A DNA stretch of 64,000 nt from an uncultured SAR86 cluster bacterium (GCA_902538705.1 CACBGD010000001.1:64022-128021), one strand, 5' to 3'. Shown: positions 53,288 to 63,676, counted from the stretch's first letter. Translations and numbers: made by a program. The notes: generated from the letters alone by a model not told the origin.

Positions 53288-55273
53288 TTGGAAAATAATA
53301 AGCTAGCAAATGCGATTCGCTTTCTCTCTATCGATGCCGTGCAAGCAGCAAAATCTGGACATCCTGGAATGCCAATGGGCATGGCTGATATAGCTGTATC
53401 TCTCTGGAAAAATAACTTAAAGCATAATCCTGCAAATCCTAAATGGATAAATAGAGACAGGTTTGTCCTTTCAAACGGACATGGTTCCATGTTGCTTTAT
53501 AGCCTTTTACACCTAACAGGATATGACCTTAGCATCAATGATTTAAAAGACTTTAGAAAACTTAAATCAAAAACACCTGGCCATCCCGAGTATGATATCG
53601 ATATTGGAGTTGAAACAACCACTGGTCCGCTTGGACAAGGAATTGGGAATGCTGTTGGGATGGCTCTCGCTGAAAAGAATCTTGCTGCAACATTTAATAA
53701 AGAAGATATAAAAATAATAGATCACTACACCTATGCTTTCCTTGGTGATGGTTGTTTAATGGAAGGCATCTCTCATGAAGTTTGTTCATTTGCAGGTACA
53801 CATAAACTTGGAAAACTTATATGTTTTTATGATCAAAATGGAATATCTATAGATGGAGAAATTGATCTTTGGTTTACTGATAATACAAAACAAAGATTTG
53901 AAAGCTATGGATGGCAAGTAATTGAGATTGATGGCCATAACATAGATGAAATTAATAAAGCTACAGAAAAAGCTCAACAGGAAACCAAAAAACCATCAAT
54001 GATTTGTTGTAAGACAACTATTGGATTTGGCTCCCCAAATAAATCAGGAACTGCTGGAATCCACGGAAGTCCATTAGGTGACGACGAAATTGAAATAACA
54101 AGGAAAGAGCTTAACTGGGAACATGCACCTTTTGAAATACCTGAAGATATTTATGATAACTGGAACGCAAAAGATGAGGGCGCCAATAAAGAAAAAGCTT
54201 GGGAAGATCTTCGTAAAACTTATCAAGAAAAGTATCCAGATGAGTCCAAAGAACTGGAAAGAAGGTTTAATTCAGAAATGCCCCATGAATTTAATGAGAG
54301 ATTTGATGGTTTTTTAAAAGATTGTTTGTTACAAGAAGATCCAATTGCAACCAGAAAAGCGTCTCAAATTTGTCTTGATCATTTTTGTGGCAACTTGCCT
54401 GAACTTATTGGTGGATCTGCTGATTTAACGGGATCAAATAATACTTTTTCTAAACATAACACTGAATTGACTCCTGATAATCCTGGTGGATCACATATTT
54501 ACTATGGTGTAAGAGAATTCGGTATGGTTACTATTATGAACGGAATGAGTCTTCATGGTGGTATTAGGCCATATGGTGGAACCTTCCTAGTTTTTATGGA
54601 TTATGCAAGAAATGCAGTGCGCCTATCTGCAATGATGAACCTACCAAACATATATGTCTTTACTCATGATTCAATTGGTTTAGGAGAGGATGGCCCAACA
54701 CATCAACCCATTGAACATCTGGTTACACTCAGAGCAACACCAAATTTACAGAACTGGAGGCCGGCTGATCTGAAAGAAACAGCAGTAGCATGGAAAGAAT
54801 CAATCTTATCAAAATCTCCAAGTTGCCTTGTTCTGAGTAGGCAAGGTCTTCCCCAGACTAAAATAAGTGAGGAGAGAATTAGTGACATCTCTAAAGGAGG
54901 ATACTTAGTTCAAAAGTATGAAGATGCAGAGCTAAATATAATATCTTCTGGGAGTGAGCTGCAATTAGCTGTTCAAGCAGCTAAAGATCTTGAGCAAACA
55001 GGCATAAAGGTAAATGTGGTCTCGATGCCATGCCTAGATAGGTTTCTTGAAGCAGATTTGAAATATCAAAGTGAAGTTATCCAAAAAGACTTGCCATCTA
55101 TTGTTGTTGAGGCTGCCCATCCAAACTCATGGTATAAAATTTTGGGAAGAGACGATCTCGTTATTGGGATGACAACATTCGGTGAATCTGCTCCGGCAAA
55201 GATGATTTTTGAGGAGTTCGGCTTCACAACTGAGAATATTGTTTCAACTGCAAAAAAACTTTTAAACAAATGA
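53288..55273 (+). CDS. tkt: Transketolase (TTG start)
   Basis: 661 aa with ANAIRFLSIDAVQAAKSGHPGMPMG and the ThDP motif (GDGCLMEGIS). Divergent from metK, as in Pseudomonas. Confidence 0.95.
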   Translation: MENNKLANAIRFLSIDAVQAAKSGHPGMPMGMADIAVSLWKNNLKHNPANPKWINRDRFVLSNGHGSMLLYSLLHLTGYDLSINDLKDFRKLKSKTPGHPEYDIDIGVETTTGPLGQGIGNAVGMALAEKNLAATFNKEDIKIIDHYTYAFLGDGCLMEGISHEVCSFAGTHKLGKLICFYDQNGISIDGEIDLWFTDNTKQRFESYGWQVIEIDGHNIDEINKATEKAQQETKKPSMICCKTTIGFGSPNKSGTAGIHGSPLGDDEIEITRKELNWEHAPFEIPEDIYDNWNAKDEGANKEKAWEDLRKTYQEKYPDESKELERRFNSEMPHEFNERFDGFLKDCLLQEDPIATRKASQICLDHFCGNLPELIGGSADLTGSNNTFSKHNTELTPDNPGGSHIYYGVREFGMVTIMNGMSLHGGIRPYGGTFLVFMDYARNAVRLSAMMNLPNIYVFTHDSIGLGEDGPTHQPIEHLVTLRATPNLQNWRPADLKETAVAWKESILSKSPSCLVLSRQGLPQTKISEERISDISKGGYLVQKYEDAELNIISSGSELQLAVQAAKDLEQTGIKVNVVSMPCLDRFLEADLKYQSEVIQKDLPSIVVEAAHPNSWYKILGRDDLVIGMTTFGESAPAKMIFEEFGFTTENIVSTAKKLLNK

Positions 55274-56406
55274 GATTACTAAAGGACCATGATCTTAGTA
55301 ATAAGAATGTGGTCTTGAGATTAGATTTAAATGTTCCAATTCAAGATAAGCGAGTACTAGATGCAACCAGAATAATTTCTTCAGTACCTACAATTAAATA
55401 TCTCTTAAACAATAATTGTAAAGTCCTTTTAGCATCACATCTTGGTAGGCCTGATGAAGGTAAGTTTGATATGAACTTCTCAATGCGTCCGGTTGCTGAA
55501 AAGTTATCCGAAATCTTAAACCATGAAATTGATCTTATTGATTCCTTAGCAAGTAGTGATATTTTTAATACAAGTCAAATACAGCTATTAGAAAATTTAA
55601 GATTCCTTATTGGCGAGAAAGACAATAATGAAGAGCTCGGGAATCAGCTAGGAAATAAAGGAGATGCTTATGTCTTTGATGCTTTTGGAACTGCTCACCG
55701 TAAACAGGCTTCTACACACTCAGCTATTCAACAAGCAAAGTTTTCATGTGCTGGACTTCTTTTAGAGAAAGAGATTAATTCACTCAATAAAGCTTTAACC
55801 TGTATTGAAAACCCATTCACTGCTGTAATCGCAGGCTCAAAGATTTCAACAAAGCTTGAACTTATAGCTCATTTAAACTCAAAAGCAGATTTCATTATCA
55901 CTGGCGGCGGGATTGCTAATACCTTTCTGAAATCTCAAGGCTTCAATGTCGGAGAGTCTTTGGTAGAAAATGACATGATTGAAATTGCTAAAGAGCTTTT
56001 TAATTTCGGCAAAATAATTTTACCCAATAAAGTCATCGTTGCTGATTCAATTGATAGTAATTCCTCAACTATCAAAAATATAGATTCTGTTAGTGGTTCG
56101 GATAAAATTTTTGATATTAACTTAAGAAGTAATATGTCAGAAATCCTTAAGAACTCAAAAACTATTTTATGGAATGGACCAATAGGAGTTTTTGAAAAAG
56201 GGCCTTTTCAACAAGGCACACGTCAATTAGCTAAAGCTATTGCAGAGTCTGAGGCTTTTTCACTTGCTGGAGGTGGAGAGACTATAGCTGCCATAAATAA
56301 ATTTATTAATAAAGATGAGGTATCATACTGTTCAACGGGCGGAGGAGCTTTTTTAGAATATATGGAAGGCAAATTACTCCCATCAATTGAGGCTTTAGGA
56401 GGCTAA
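55270..56406 (+). CDS. pgk: Phosphoglycerate kinase
   Basis: 378 aa with RLDLNVP, ASHLGRP and FDAFGTAHR. It shares an ATGA overlap with tkt. Confidence 0.95.
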   Translation: MRLLKDHDLSNKNVVLRLDLNVPIQDKRVLDATRIISSVPTIKYLLNNNCKVLLASHLGRPDEGKFDMNFSMRPVAEKLSEILNHEIDLIDSLASSDIFNTSQIQLLENLRFLIGEKDNNEELGNQLGNKGDAYVFDAFGTAHRKQASTHSAIQQAKFSCAGLLLEKEINSLNKALTCIENPFTAVIAGSKISTKLELIAHLNSKADFIITGGGIANTFLKSQGFNVGESLVENDMIEIAKELFNFGKIILPNKVIVADSIDSNSSTIKNIDSVSGSDKIFDINLRSNMSEILKNSKTILWNGPIGVFEKGPFQQGTRQLAKAIAESEAFSLAGGGETIAAINKFINKDEVSYCSTGGGAFLEYMEGKLLPSIEALGG

Positions 56407-56408
56407 AA

Positions 56409-57413
56409 ATGTCATTAGAAGAAATTGCGAATTATATAGTTTCAGAAGGTAAAGGAATTCTTGCCGCAGATGAAAGCAATCCAACATGTGGCAAAAGATT
56501 TGATTCTATTGGGGTAGAAAATTCTGAGGATAATAGAAGAGATTACAGAGAGATGCTTTTTAGATCAAAAGGTATGAAAGGAAATATTGGTGGAGTAATT
56601 TTATTTGATGAAACTCTAAGACAGGATGCTAAAGATGGAACTCCCCTTAAAGAATTAATCACTAATTCAGGTGCCCTACCCGGTATTAAGGTTGATAAAG
56701 GCTTAGTGCCTCTTATTAATGGATCAGATGAAGTAGTGACTCAAGGGTTGGATGGGCTAGATGAAAGATGTTCCGAATATTATTCTTTAGGAGCAAAATT
56801 TACAAAGTGGCGCGCAGTAATAAAAATCGGAGATAATATGCCAACAGATGATTGTATTAATGCAAACGCCAAAGCACTAGCAGATTATGCTGCAATTGCT
56901 CAATCTAATAAGATGGTTCCAATAGTTGAACCTGAAGTTTTAATGGATGGCAACCATTCAATTGATCTCTCATATGATGCTTGTGCAAGATCTTTTCTAG
57001 CTCTTTTTGATGCTCTTGAAAATAATGGAGTAAACATAAAGGGCACAATACTCAAACCAAGCATGGTTACTCCCGGTTCGCTATCTGAAAAAGCAGCAAT
57101 CAAAGAAGTAGCTGAAATGACAGTAAAGTGTCTCAAAGAAAACATTCCCTCTGATCTTCCTGGAGTTGCTTTTTTATCGGGAGGGCAAACAGAGCTTGAG
57201 GCGACCGCTCATTTAAATGAAATGAACAAAATAGGCGAGTTTCCATGGAAACTCAGCTTCTCATATGGGCGAGCCCTTCAGCAAAGTGCTTTGAAAGCCT
57301 GGTCAGGGAAAAGTGAAAATATCTTCATAGCTCAGGATGAGCTATCTCATAGGGCTGAAATGAATAAAATAGCAGCACTTGGACAATGGGATATCAAACT
57401 TGAAGATAGATAA
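56409..57413 (+). CDS. fba: Fructose-bisphosphate aldolase, class I (Schiff-base type)
   Basis: 334 aa with GILAADES...GKRF, LKPSMV (active-site Lys region) and FSYGRALQ. These are class I signatures, not class II. Confidence 0.9.
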   Translation: MSLEEIANYIVSEGKGILAADESNPTCGKRFDSIGVENSEDNRRDYREMLFRSKGMKGNIGGVILFDETLRQDAKDGTPLKELITNSGALPGIKVDKGLVPLINGSDEVVTQGLDGLDERCSEYYSLGAKFTKWRAVIKIGDNMPTDDCINANAKALADYAAIAQSNKMVPIVEPEVLMDGNHSIDLSYDACARSFLALFDALENNGVNIKGTILKPSMVTPGSLSEKAAIKEVAEMTVKCLKENIPSDLPGVAFLSGGQTELEATAHLNEMNKIGEFPWKLSFSYGRALQQSALKAWSGKSENIFIAQDELSHRAEMNKIAALGQWDIKLEDR

Positions 57414-57416
57414 CGA

Positions 57417-57854
57417 GTGATTGCTACCGTTCAAAGAGTTTCAGAAGCAAAAGTTGAGATAAACAACAGCATCTATTCTGAAATTGGAGAAGGAGTACTA
57501 ATACTTTTGTGCGTTGAAAGCGACGATGACGCTAAGCATGCTATAAAAATGTCAGATAAAATATTAAACTTTTGCATTTTAGAAGGAGATCGAGGCATAA
57601 TGTCAGCAAGTTTAAGGGAGTTAGAAGAAGATATTATGATAATAAGTCAATTTACCCTTGCTGCAATTACAAATAAAGGCAATAAACCAAGCTTTCACAA
57701 AGCAGCCAAACCAAACAAAGCAAAAGAAATATATGATCAATTTGTTCAAACTTTTAAAGACTCATCCTTAAATGTTCAAACTGGAAAGTTTGGTGAGATA
57801 ATGAATGTAACCTTAACAAATAAAGGCCCAATAACTTTTAATTTTAGGACATAA
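57417..57854 (+). CDS. dtd: D-aminoacyl-tRNA deacylase (GTG start)
   Basis: 145 aa with MIATVQRV..., SQFTLAA, and the NKGPITF C-terminus (NxGPVT motif). Confidence 0.9.
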   Translation: MIATVQRVSEAKVEINNSIYSEIGEGVLILLCVESDDDAKHAIKMSDKILNFCILEGDRGIMSASLRELEEDIMIISQFTLAAITNKGNKPSFHKAAKPNKAKEIYDQFVQTFKDSSLNVQTGKFGEIMNVTLTNKGPITFNFRT

Positions 57855-57856
57855 AA

Positions 57857-58441
57857 ATGGTTAAAAACATTTCAATTTTTTGTGGAGCACATGAAGGTAC
57901 AAATCCTAACTATGCATTGGAGGCAAAAAAGATAACGGCGTTACTTTCAAAAAAAGGAGTAGATGTTGTTTTTGGTGGAGGCAATGTTGGCATTATGAAA
58001 ATTATTTCTGATGAGGCAAAAGATAATAATTCGAAAGTTACTGGCATAACTATGGAATCCCTGCATAACCTTGAATTAACAAATCCAAGAATTGATGACT
58101 TAGTAGTTACGCATTCATTGCTAGAAAGAAAGGATGAGTTTATGAAAAGATCTGATGCTTTTCTCGTTCTACCGGGAGGAGTTGGGTCACTAGATGAGCT
58201 AGCAGAAATTTTAGCAAGCAACCAGCTCGGGATAATTAATAAGCCAGTTGGATTATTAAATACGGATGGATATTATGACCACCTAATTGCATGGTTTGAA
58301 AAAGCTGTTGATGAGGGATTTATTACTCAGGCAAATCTTGATGAATTAATTATTACTGACGATTGTGAGGAAATGGTTATGAGAATCCTCGAAGAAAAAA
58401 ACGAATCCTCAAAAGATTGGAAAGGGAGATTAGGTCTTTAA
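57857..58441 (+). CDS. LOG-family nucleotide 5'-monophosphate nucleosidase (TIGR00730)
   Basis: 194 aa with VFGGGNVGIMK and the PGGVGSLDEL (PGGxGTxxE-like) motif. Confidence 0.8.
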   Translation: MVKNISIFCGAHEGTNPNYALEAKKITALLSKKGVDVVFGGGNVGIMKIISDEAKDNNSKVTGITMESLHNLELTNPRIDDLVVTHSLLERKDEFMKRSDAFLVLPGGVGSLDELAEILASNQLGIINKPVGLLNTDGYYDHLIAWFEKAVDEGFITQANLDELIITDDCEEMVMRILEEKNESSKDWKGRLGL

Positions 58442-59154
58442 CCTTTGTCCTTGGAAATTAGAATACCAAGCTCAAATAACATCCACATTGGCAGCGCTAA
58501 AAATATCTGAGACAAGATATCTGGCGGCGTCAAAAACATCCCAATGATAAAAAATAAGATTATGAAATATGGTCTAGATTTTCTTAGAGTTTCTTTTGTA
58601 AATATGCCAAGCCTCACAGAAATAATTGTAAAGATCGGAACCTGAAAAGCGATACCAAAACCAACAATTATTTTTATAGCAAAACTAAAAAACTGACTTA
58701 TGTCTGTCATTATCTTTACAGATTCAGGAGCTGTGCTTATAAAGAAATTTATTAAGACTGGAACAACAACATAAAACGCAAAGATAGCTCCTAAATAAAA
58801 AAGCAAAAAAGAGCTTATTGCAAAAGGGAGCATCAGTTTTTTTTCATCGTTTAGGAGACCAGGTTTTGCAAATAACCACATCTGATAAATGATGTAAGGT
58901 ATTGATATAAGGATACATATTGAAACTATTAATTTAATTGGAACGATAAATGGTGACCCTACACCAATGGCAATTAAGTTAGAAGATTCGGGTAGAGATT
59001 CTATGAGTGGTTTTGAGAATATGGTGTAGATATCATCAGCAAACGGAAACATGAAAACGAATAAAACTAGGCAGAAAACTAGAGCTTTTATTAAGCGATT
59101 GCGCAGTTCAGATAAATGACCAATGAGACTATTTTCCTCCATCATTATCCTCAT
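58438..59154 (-). CDS. tatC: Sec-independent translocase TatC (start may be an internal Met a few codons in)
   Basis: 238 aa with 6 TM helices and an N-terminal HLSELRNRLIK motif. Lies in tatABC order. Confidence 0.9.
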   Translation of the reverse strand: MRIMMEENSLIGHLSELRNRLIKALVFCLVLFVFMFPFADDIYTIFSKPLIESLPESSNLIAIGVGSPFIVPIKLIVSICILISIPYIIYQMWLFAKPGLLNDEKKLMLPFAISSFLLFYLGAIFAFYVVVPVLINFFISTAPESVKIMTDISQFFSFAIKIIVGFGIAFQVPIFTIISVRLGIFTKETLRKSRPYFIILFFIIGMFLTPPDILSQIFLALPMWMLFELGILISKDKG

Positions 59155-59383
59155 TTTCCTCTAGTTCAAGCTCACGTAATTTCATATCATTAAAAATATC
59201 TTTTTTGATTTCTTCTGTCCCAATTTCATTATTTATTTCATTAGAAATCTTTTCATATTGGGATCTAAGTTTTGACCCAATTTGAAGAAAGAACTTTGTA
59301 ACCTCAGGTAATCTTTTTGGCCCGACAAGCAGGAGCACAAGAACAAGCAGTGTTAGTAATTCAGGAAAGCCTATTTGAAACAA
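59129..59383 (-). CDS. tatB: Sec-independent translocase TatB (TTG start)
   Basis: 84 aa with MFQIGFPELLTLLVLVLLLVGPKRLPE followed by an amphipathic helix. Confidence 0.8.
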   Translation of the reverse strand: MFQIGFPELLTLLVLVLLLVGPKRLPEVTKFFLQIGSKLRSQYEKISNEINNEIGTEEIKKDIFNDMKLRELELEENEDNDGGK

Positions 59384-59394
59384 GTTGCGATTAA

Positions 59395-59559
59395 TTAATT
59401 GTTATTTTGTTGATCGTCTTCACTATCATCTTTCATGGATTTCTTAAAACCTTTTAATCCAGCACCAAGATCAGAACCCAAAGTTCGAATCTTTTTACCA
59501 CCAAAAAGCAGCAACAAAACTAAAAGAATTAAAAGTATTTCCCATGGACCTGAAAACAT
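59395..59559 (-). CDS. tatA: Sec-independent translocase TatA (54 aa); not in the ORF track
   Basis: Manual translation gives [54 protein letters not shown], a canonical TatA/E. It lies upstream of tatB. Confidence 0.85.
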   Translation of the reverse strand: MFSGPWEILLILLVLLLLFGGKKIRTLGSDLGAGLKGFKKSMKDDSEDDQQNNN

Positions 59560-59594
59560 ACTTTTATCTTAACCTTTTTGGAAATAAATATAAA

Positions 59595-61091
59595 TCAATT
59601 TAAGTACAAGAAAAGAATTGTGACTGCCAATAAGCCAATCAAGAAGTATAAAATATTTTTCAATTTCTTAATTCTTTTATCTAACTCAACCATGAGGTCA
59701 TTGTTCCTATTAGATGCAATATTAATATTTCTGATTTCATCAATGATTTCAAAAAACATCCCTGGTGTATCTTTGATACTTGCCAAGATATCTTCTTTAT
59801 TTTCAAAGATATAGTTTTTGAGTTTTGTTGGATTGAATTGTTCACTAATCCAGTTTTCTAAATATGGTTCAGCTAAACCCCAGAAATCTAAAGCAGGATA
59901 AATTTGCCTGCCCATTCCTTCAATATGAATTAATGTTTTTTGTAACAAAACTAAAGATGGCTGAATAGATAAACCATACTCTCTAGTACTTTCGAATAAA
60001 TATAGTAAAAGTTTGCCAAATTCTATTTCAGATAGTGGTTTTTCAAAAATTGGTTCACAACAGGCTCTCAAAGTATTTTCCAAATCACTAATATTTGAAT
60101 TTTTGTCCACCCAGCCTGCATTTATGAAGAGTTTTGCAAGAGAATGATACTGTTCCTTGATAACGGCTTGAAGCATTCTAGCAAGTGTATACCTCTCTTC
60201 ATTCGTCAATGAGCCACAAATAGCGCAATCTACTGCTACATAACCAGCATTTTCGGTATTTTTTTTATCTACAAATATATTTCCTGGATGCATATCTGCA
60301 TGAAAGAAATTGTCTCTGAAGACCTGATCTAAAAAGATTTGGACACCATTTTCAGCCAATTTCTTTTTATCTACCCCTGCTGCATCAATTTTATCTATAT
60401 CAGTACAAGGAATTCCTTCAATTTCCTCTAAAACAAGTATCTTGGAGGTAGACAAGTCCCAATAAACTTCAGGAATATAAAGTATTTTTGAACCACTAAA
60501 GTTTTTTCGAGTAAGGTTTGTGTTTGAAGCCTCTAATTTTAAGTCTAGCTCTTTAATAATAGTCTTTTCATAATCTCTAACAACCTCAAGCGGCTTAAGT
60601 CTTTCTGAATCTTTGAAAGTCATTGAAAAGATAGAGGCAAAAGATTTTAAGAGACTCACATTTCTTTCGACCTCTCGTCTTATACCTGGCCTCAAAATTT
60701 TTATAACTACCTTCTTTGAATTATCTTTAAGGGTTGCCTTATGAACTTGAGCAAGAGAAGCAGCCGCAAAAGGAGACTCATCAAAATCTTTAAAGAAATC
60801 TTCAATCGGACCACCAAGCTCAGATTCAATAATCTTTCTCGATTCATTACTACTAAAAGGCTTACATTGATCAGTTAATTTTTGAAGCTCTTTGGCTACA
60901 TTAATAGATAAAAGATCTGTTCTAGTAGATAAAAGTTGACCAAACTTTATGAACATGGGGCCCATTGATTCAAGGCTTAGTCTCAGTTTACGACCAAATT
61001 TCTCAGAGTCTTTATCTAAAAAAAATAAGTTGAACCAAAGGACTCTTGAAATTATCTTTAGCCCTCCCAAAAAAAGATTGATAACAGTCAT
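59595..61091 (-). CDS. ubiB: Ubiquinone biosynthesis atypical kinase UbiB (ABC1/AarF)
   Basis: 498 aa with FIKFGQLLSTRTDLL, AAASLAQVH, FHADMHPGNIF and C-terminal TM helices. Confidence 0.9.
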   Translation of the reverse strand: MTVINLFLGGLKIISRVLWFNLFFLDKDSEKFGRKLRLSLESMGPMFIKFGQLLSTRTDLLSINVAKELQKLTDQCKPFSSNESRKIIESELGGPIEDFFKDFDESPFAAASLAQVHKATLKDNSKKVVIKILRPGIRREVERNVSLLKSFASIFSMTFKDSERLKPLEVVRDYEKTIIKELDLKLEASNTNLTRKNFSGSKILYIPEVYWDLSTSKILVLEEIEGIPCTDIDKIDAAGVDKKKLAENGVQIFLDQVFRDNFFHADMHPGNIFVDKKNTENAGYVAVDCAICGSLTNEERYTLARMLQAVIKEQYHSLAKLFINAGWVDKNSNISDLENTLRACCEPIFEKPLSEIEFGKLLLYLFESTREYGLSIQPSLVLLQKTLIHIEGMGRQIYPALDFWGLAEPYLENWISEQFNPTKLKNYIFENKEDILASIKDTPGMFFEIIDEIRNINIASNRNNDLMVELDKRIKKLKNILYFLIGLLAVTILFLYLN

Positions 61092-61832
61092 TTAATTCTT
61101 TTCAGCAACATGTATGGCAACTATTCCATTAAGTAAGTTATAAAATTTACAATCTGTAAAGCCAGCTTTTAGTATTTTCTCCTTTAATTTTTCCTGATCA
61201 GGATGCATTCTAATTGATTCAGCTAGATATCTGTAACTATCAGAATCATTAGCAAATATGCTTCCCATCACCGGCATTACATTGAAAGAATACCAATCAT
61301 ATATTTTACTGAAGGTAGCATTCTGAGGCTTAGAGAATTCTAGGATTATTAACTTCCCATTATTGGCAAGACATCTATACATTTCTGACAAACCCTTTTC
61401 TTTATCAGCAAAGTTTCTTAACCCAAAGGCAATAGTTATTGTGTCAAAATACTTATCACCAAAAGGGAGTAGCTCACCGTTTAGCTGACAGAAGGAAGTA
61501 TTTTTGAAAAAGTTTTCATCAACCGATCTCTTTTTTCCATTAACTAGCATCTCTGCATTTATATCAGCTACTGTAATTTCTGTATCTGGAAAGTTAAGAT
61601 GAATTTCTTTTGCAATATCTGCAGTTCCCCCGGCGAGATCAAGAACTTTACTTTCAGGCTTTATTCCTGCAAGTTCAATCATTATTTTCTTCCAAAATCT
61701 ATGAAGTCCAAATGACATGACATCATTCATAAGATCATAATTTTCTGCAACCGAAGTAAAAACCGAGTCTACTTTTTCTTGTTTTTCCTCCGAAGAAACC
61801 TTTTCAAAACCGAAGTGGGTATCTTTATTCAT
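61092..61832 (-). CDS. ubiE: Demethylmenaquinone/ubiquinone C-methyltransferase
   Basis: 246 aa with THFGFEKV, YDLMNDVMSFGLHRFWK and the SAM motif LDLAGGTAD. Confidence 0.95.
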   Translation of the reverse strand: MNKDTHFGFEKVSSEEKQEKVDSVFTSVAENYDLMNDVMSFGLHRFWKKIMIELAGIKPESKVLDLAGGTADIAKEIHLNFPDTEITVADINAEMLVNGKKRSVDENFFKNTSFCQLNGELLPFGDKYFDTITIAFGLRNFADKEKGLSEMYRCLANNGKLIILEFSKPQNATFSKIYDWYSFNVMPVMGSIFANDSDSYRYLAESIRMHPDQEKLKEKILKAGFTDCKFYNLLNGIVAIHVAEKN

Positions 61833-62688
61833 TTTTTGTAAAACTTATATAATTATTGTATCTGCTTTCTGCAATATTGCCTTTTGATACTTGATCGATA
61901 ACATTGCAGCCAACATCATTTATATGATTACAATTTTTGAACTTACAAGACAATGCAGCTTCTCTAATTTCAAAAAATCCTTTTAAGATTTCATCTGGAC
62001 TAAATTTCTCAATCTCTATATCTCTGACGCCAGGAGAATCTATGATTTCTATTTTATCTTTAACATATAAAGATGATACCGACGTGGTATGAACACCTTT
62101 AGACTTATTAAGTTCTTTAGTTTTTAAATCAATACCAAGTAACTTTGAAGAGATTGTTGATTTGCCCGAGCCAGATTTCCCAACAAAAATAGTAGTTTTA
62201 TTTTCAAGAAATCCTCCAATATCAGACAACCCTTCTCCTGATTTGCCTGAAACTTTAAACATCTTAATCCCAAGACTCTCATAAATATTGCAAGCTTCTT
62301 CAAATTCCTCATCGCCGGTTAAATCTATCTTGTTTACAACTATTAATGGATCTATTTTTGCAGCAGCAGCGAGAACCAACCACTTATCAATAAATATTTT
62401 TGGGGTAAGCGGTACAGGTGATAACAAGATAGCAATATTTGTAACATTAGCCGCAAAAACTTTCTTTTTACCTCTATGGAATCTTTTCAGTGATGTTTTT
62501 CTATGAACTTTATTTAAGATCTTTCCTTTAACCTCTAAGCTATCTTGGAGAGGAACTATTTCAACAAAATCACCAACGACAATATCTAGATCTTTGGGTG
62601 TCTTACAGGGGATTTTAAATTCTTTTATTTCCACAAGGCATGAGTTTGAGTAAAACTCAACTACTCTGCCAATTTGAACTTTTTCCAT
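61825..62688 (-). CDS. rsgA: Ribosome small-subunit GTPase RsgA (YjeQ); start trimmed
   Basis: The track ORF (to 62871) runs through the orn promoter and 5' end. The Met at 62688 (MEKVQIGRVVEF...) gives an OB fold, then a circularly permuted GTPase (NKIDL... GKSGSGKSTI) and a C-terminal Zn knuckle (CKFKNCNHINDVGC). Confidence 0.85.
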   Translation of the reverse strand: MEKVQIGRVVEFYSNSCLVEIKEFKIPCKTPKDLDIVVGDFVEIVPLQDSLEVKGKILNKVHRKTSLKRFHRGKKKVFAANVTNIAILLSPVPLTPKIFIDKWLVLAAAAKIDPLIVVNKIDLTGDEEFEEACNIYESLGIKMFKVSGKSGEGLSDIGGFLENKTTIFVGKSGSGKSTISSKLLGIDLKTKELNKSKGVHTTSVSSLYVKDKIEIIDSPGVRDIEIEKFSPDEILKGFFEIREAALSCKFKNCNHINDVGCNVIDQVSKGNIAESRYNNYISFTKNE

Positions 62689-62728
62689 ATAGAGCACAAA
62701 ATACACTATTAAGTGAGTTTTACAAAAA

Positions 62729-63277
62729 ATGAAAGCTAATAAATCCGATAACAACTTAATATGGGTTGACCTTGAAATGACAGGCTTAGATCCTGAGAAA
62801 GAAAGGATAATTGAAATAGCTACGATAATTACTGACTCAGATTTAAATATTGTTGCCGAAGGCCCCAACATAGCTATTCATCAAAGTAATGAGTTGCTTG
62901 ATAATATGGATGAATGGAATGTAAACCAACATACCTCATCTGGTCTCATAGATGCAGTTAGAACAAGCATAATTAGTGATAAGCAGGCCGAACTAGAGAC
63001 TTTAGACTTTATCTCAAAATATGTGCCAGCAGGAAAATCCCCGATGTGCGGAAATACTGTTTCTCATGACAGAAGATTTCTTAGCAAATATATGCCCGAG
63101 CTAGAGAATTACTTTCACTATAGGCACATAGATGTTTCTTCAGTAAAAGAATTAATTGTAAGATGGATGAATCAGGCTCAGTCATATCAAAAAAATAGTA
63201 ACCATAGAGCCTCAGACGATATTAAGGACTCAATCAACGAATTAAAGCACTACAAAAAACTTCTTTTTGAAGACTAA
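62729..63277 (+). CDS. orn: Oligoribonuclease
   Basis: 182 aa DEDDh exonuclease ([24 protein letters not shown]). Divergent from rsgA, as in E. coli. Confidence 0.95.
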   Translation: MKANKSDNNLIWVDLEMTGLDPEKERIIEIATIITDSDLNIVAEGPNIAIHQSNELLDNMDEWNVNQHTSSGLIDAVRTSIISDKQAELETLDFISKYVPAGKSPMCGNTVSHDRRFLSKYMPELENYFHYRHIDVSSVKELIVRWMNQAQSYQKNSNHRASDDIKDSINELKHYKKLLFED

Positions 63278-63282
63278 GAATT

Positions 63283-63609
63283 TTAGTCAGTTTTTTTTGC
63301 GGGCTGAATGTTGAGAGGAAAAGGACTGACCTGACTGGACGTTTTCTTAATTTTTGCCTCTCCTGACTCGATCACTTCATCAATCCTTTGGATAGCCCCA
63401 ATTGGAATATAGCTTCTTTTAACTTTATTAAATTCTGTTTTTAGTTTTTCTGAGGTAGGATCAACGACAAGCTGATCATCATTAGTAAATATGAATTCTT
63501 CAACTTCCAGGAAGCCATACATATCGCTTTGAAAAATCTGTTTCGCAAAAATTTCATAGATTTCTCCAAGCTGAATAAATATAATCTTATAAATTTTTTT
63601 GTCCTTCAT
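63283..63609 (-). CDS. DUF1820-family protein
   Basis: 108 aa. YKIIFIQLGEIYEIFAKQIFQSDMYGFLEVEEFIF...VVDPTSEKLKTEF...IPIGAIQRIDEV closely resembles my recollection of gammaproteobacterial DUF1820 proteins. Confidence 0.6.
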   Translation of the reverse strand: MKDKKIYKIIFIQLGEIYEIFAKQIFQSDMYGFLEVEEFIFTNDDQLVVDPTSEKLKTEFNKVKRSYIPIGAIQRIDEVIESGEAKIKKTSSQVSPFPLNIQPAKKTD

Positions 63610-63676
63610 AAAAATTATGTATGTCTTAAAAGTTATTTTAAAACACTTAAGGTCAGAAATAATAGATAATTAGTAT

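Noticed and set aside
62689-62871. A 61-codon N-terminal extension of the rsgA ORF that overlaps the orn start.
   Set aside because: The extension is hydrophobic and unlike RsgA. It would run through the divergent orn promoter and coding start. The Met at 62688 restores the normal OB-fold N-terminus.
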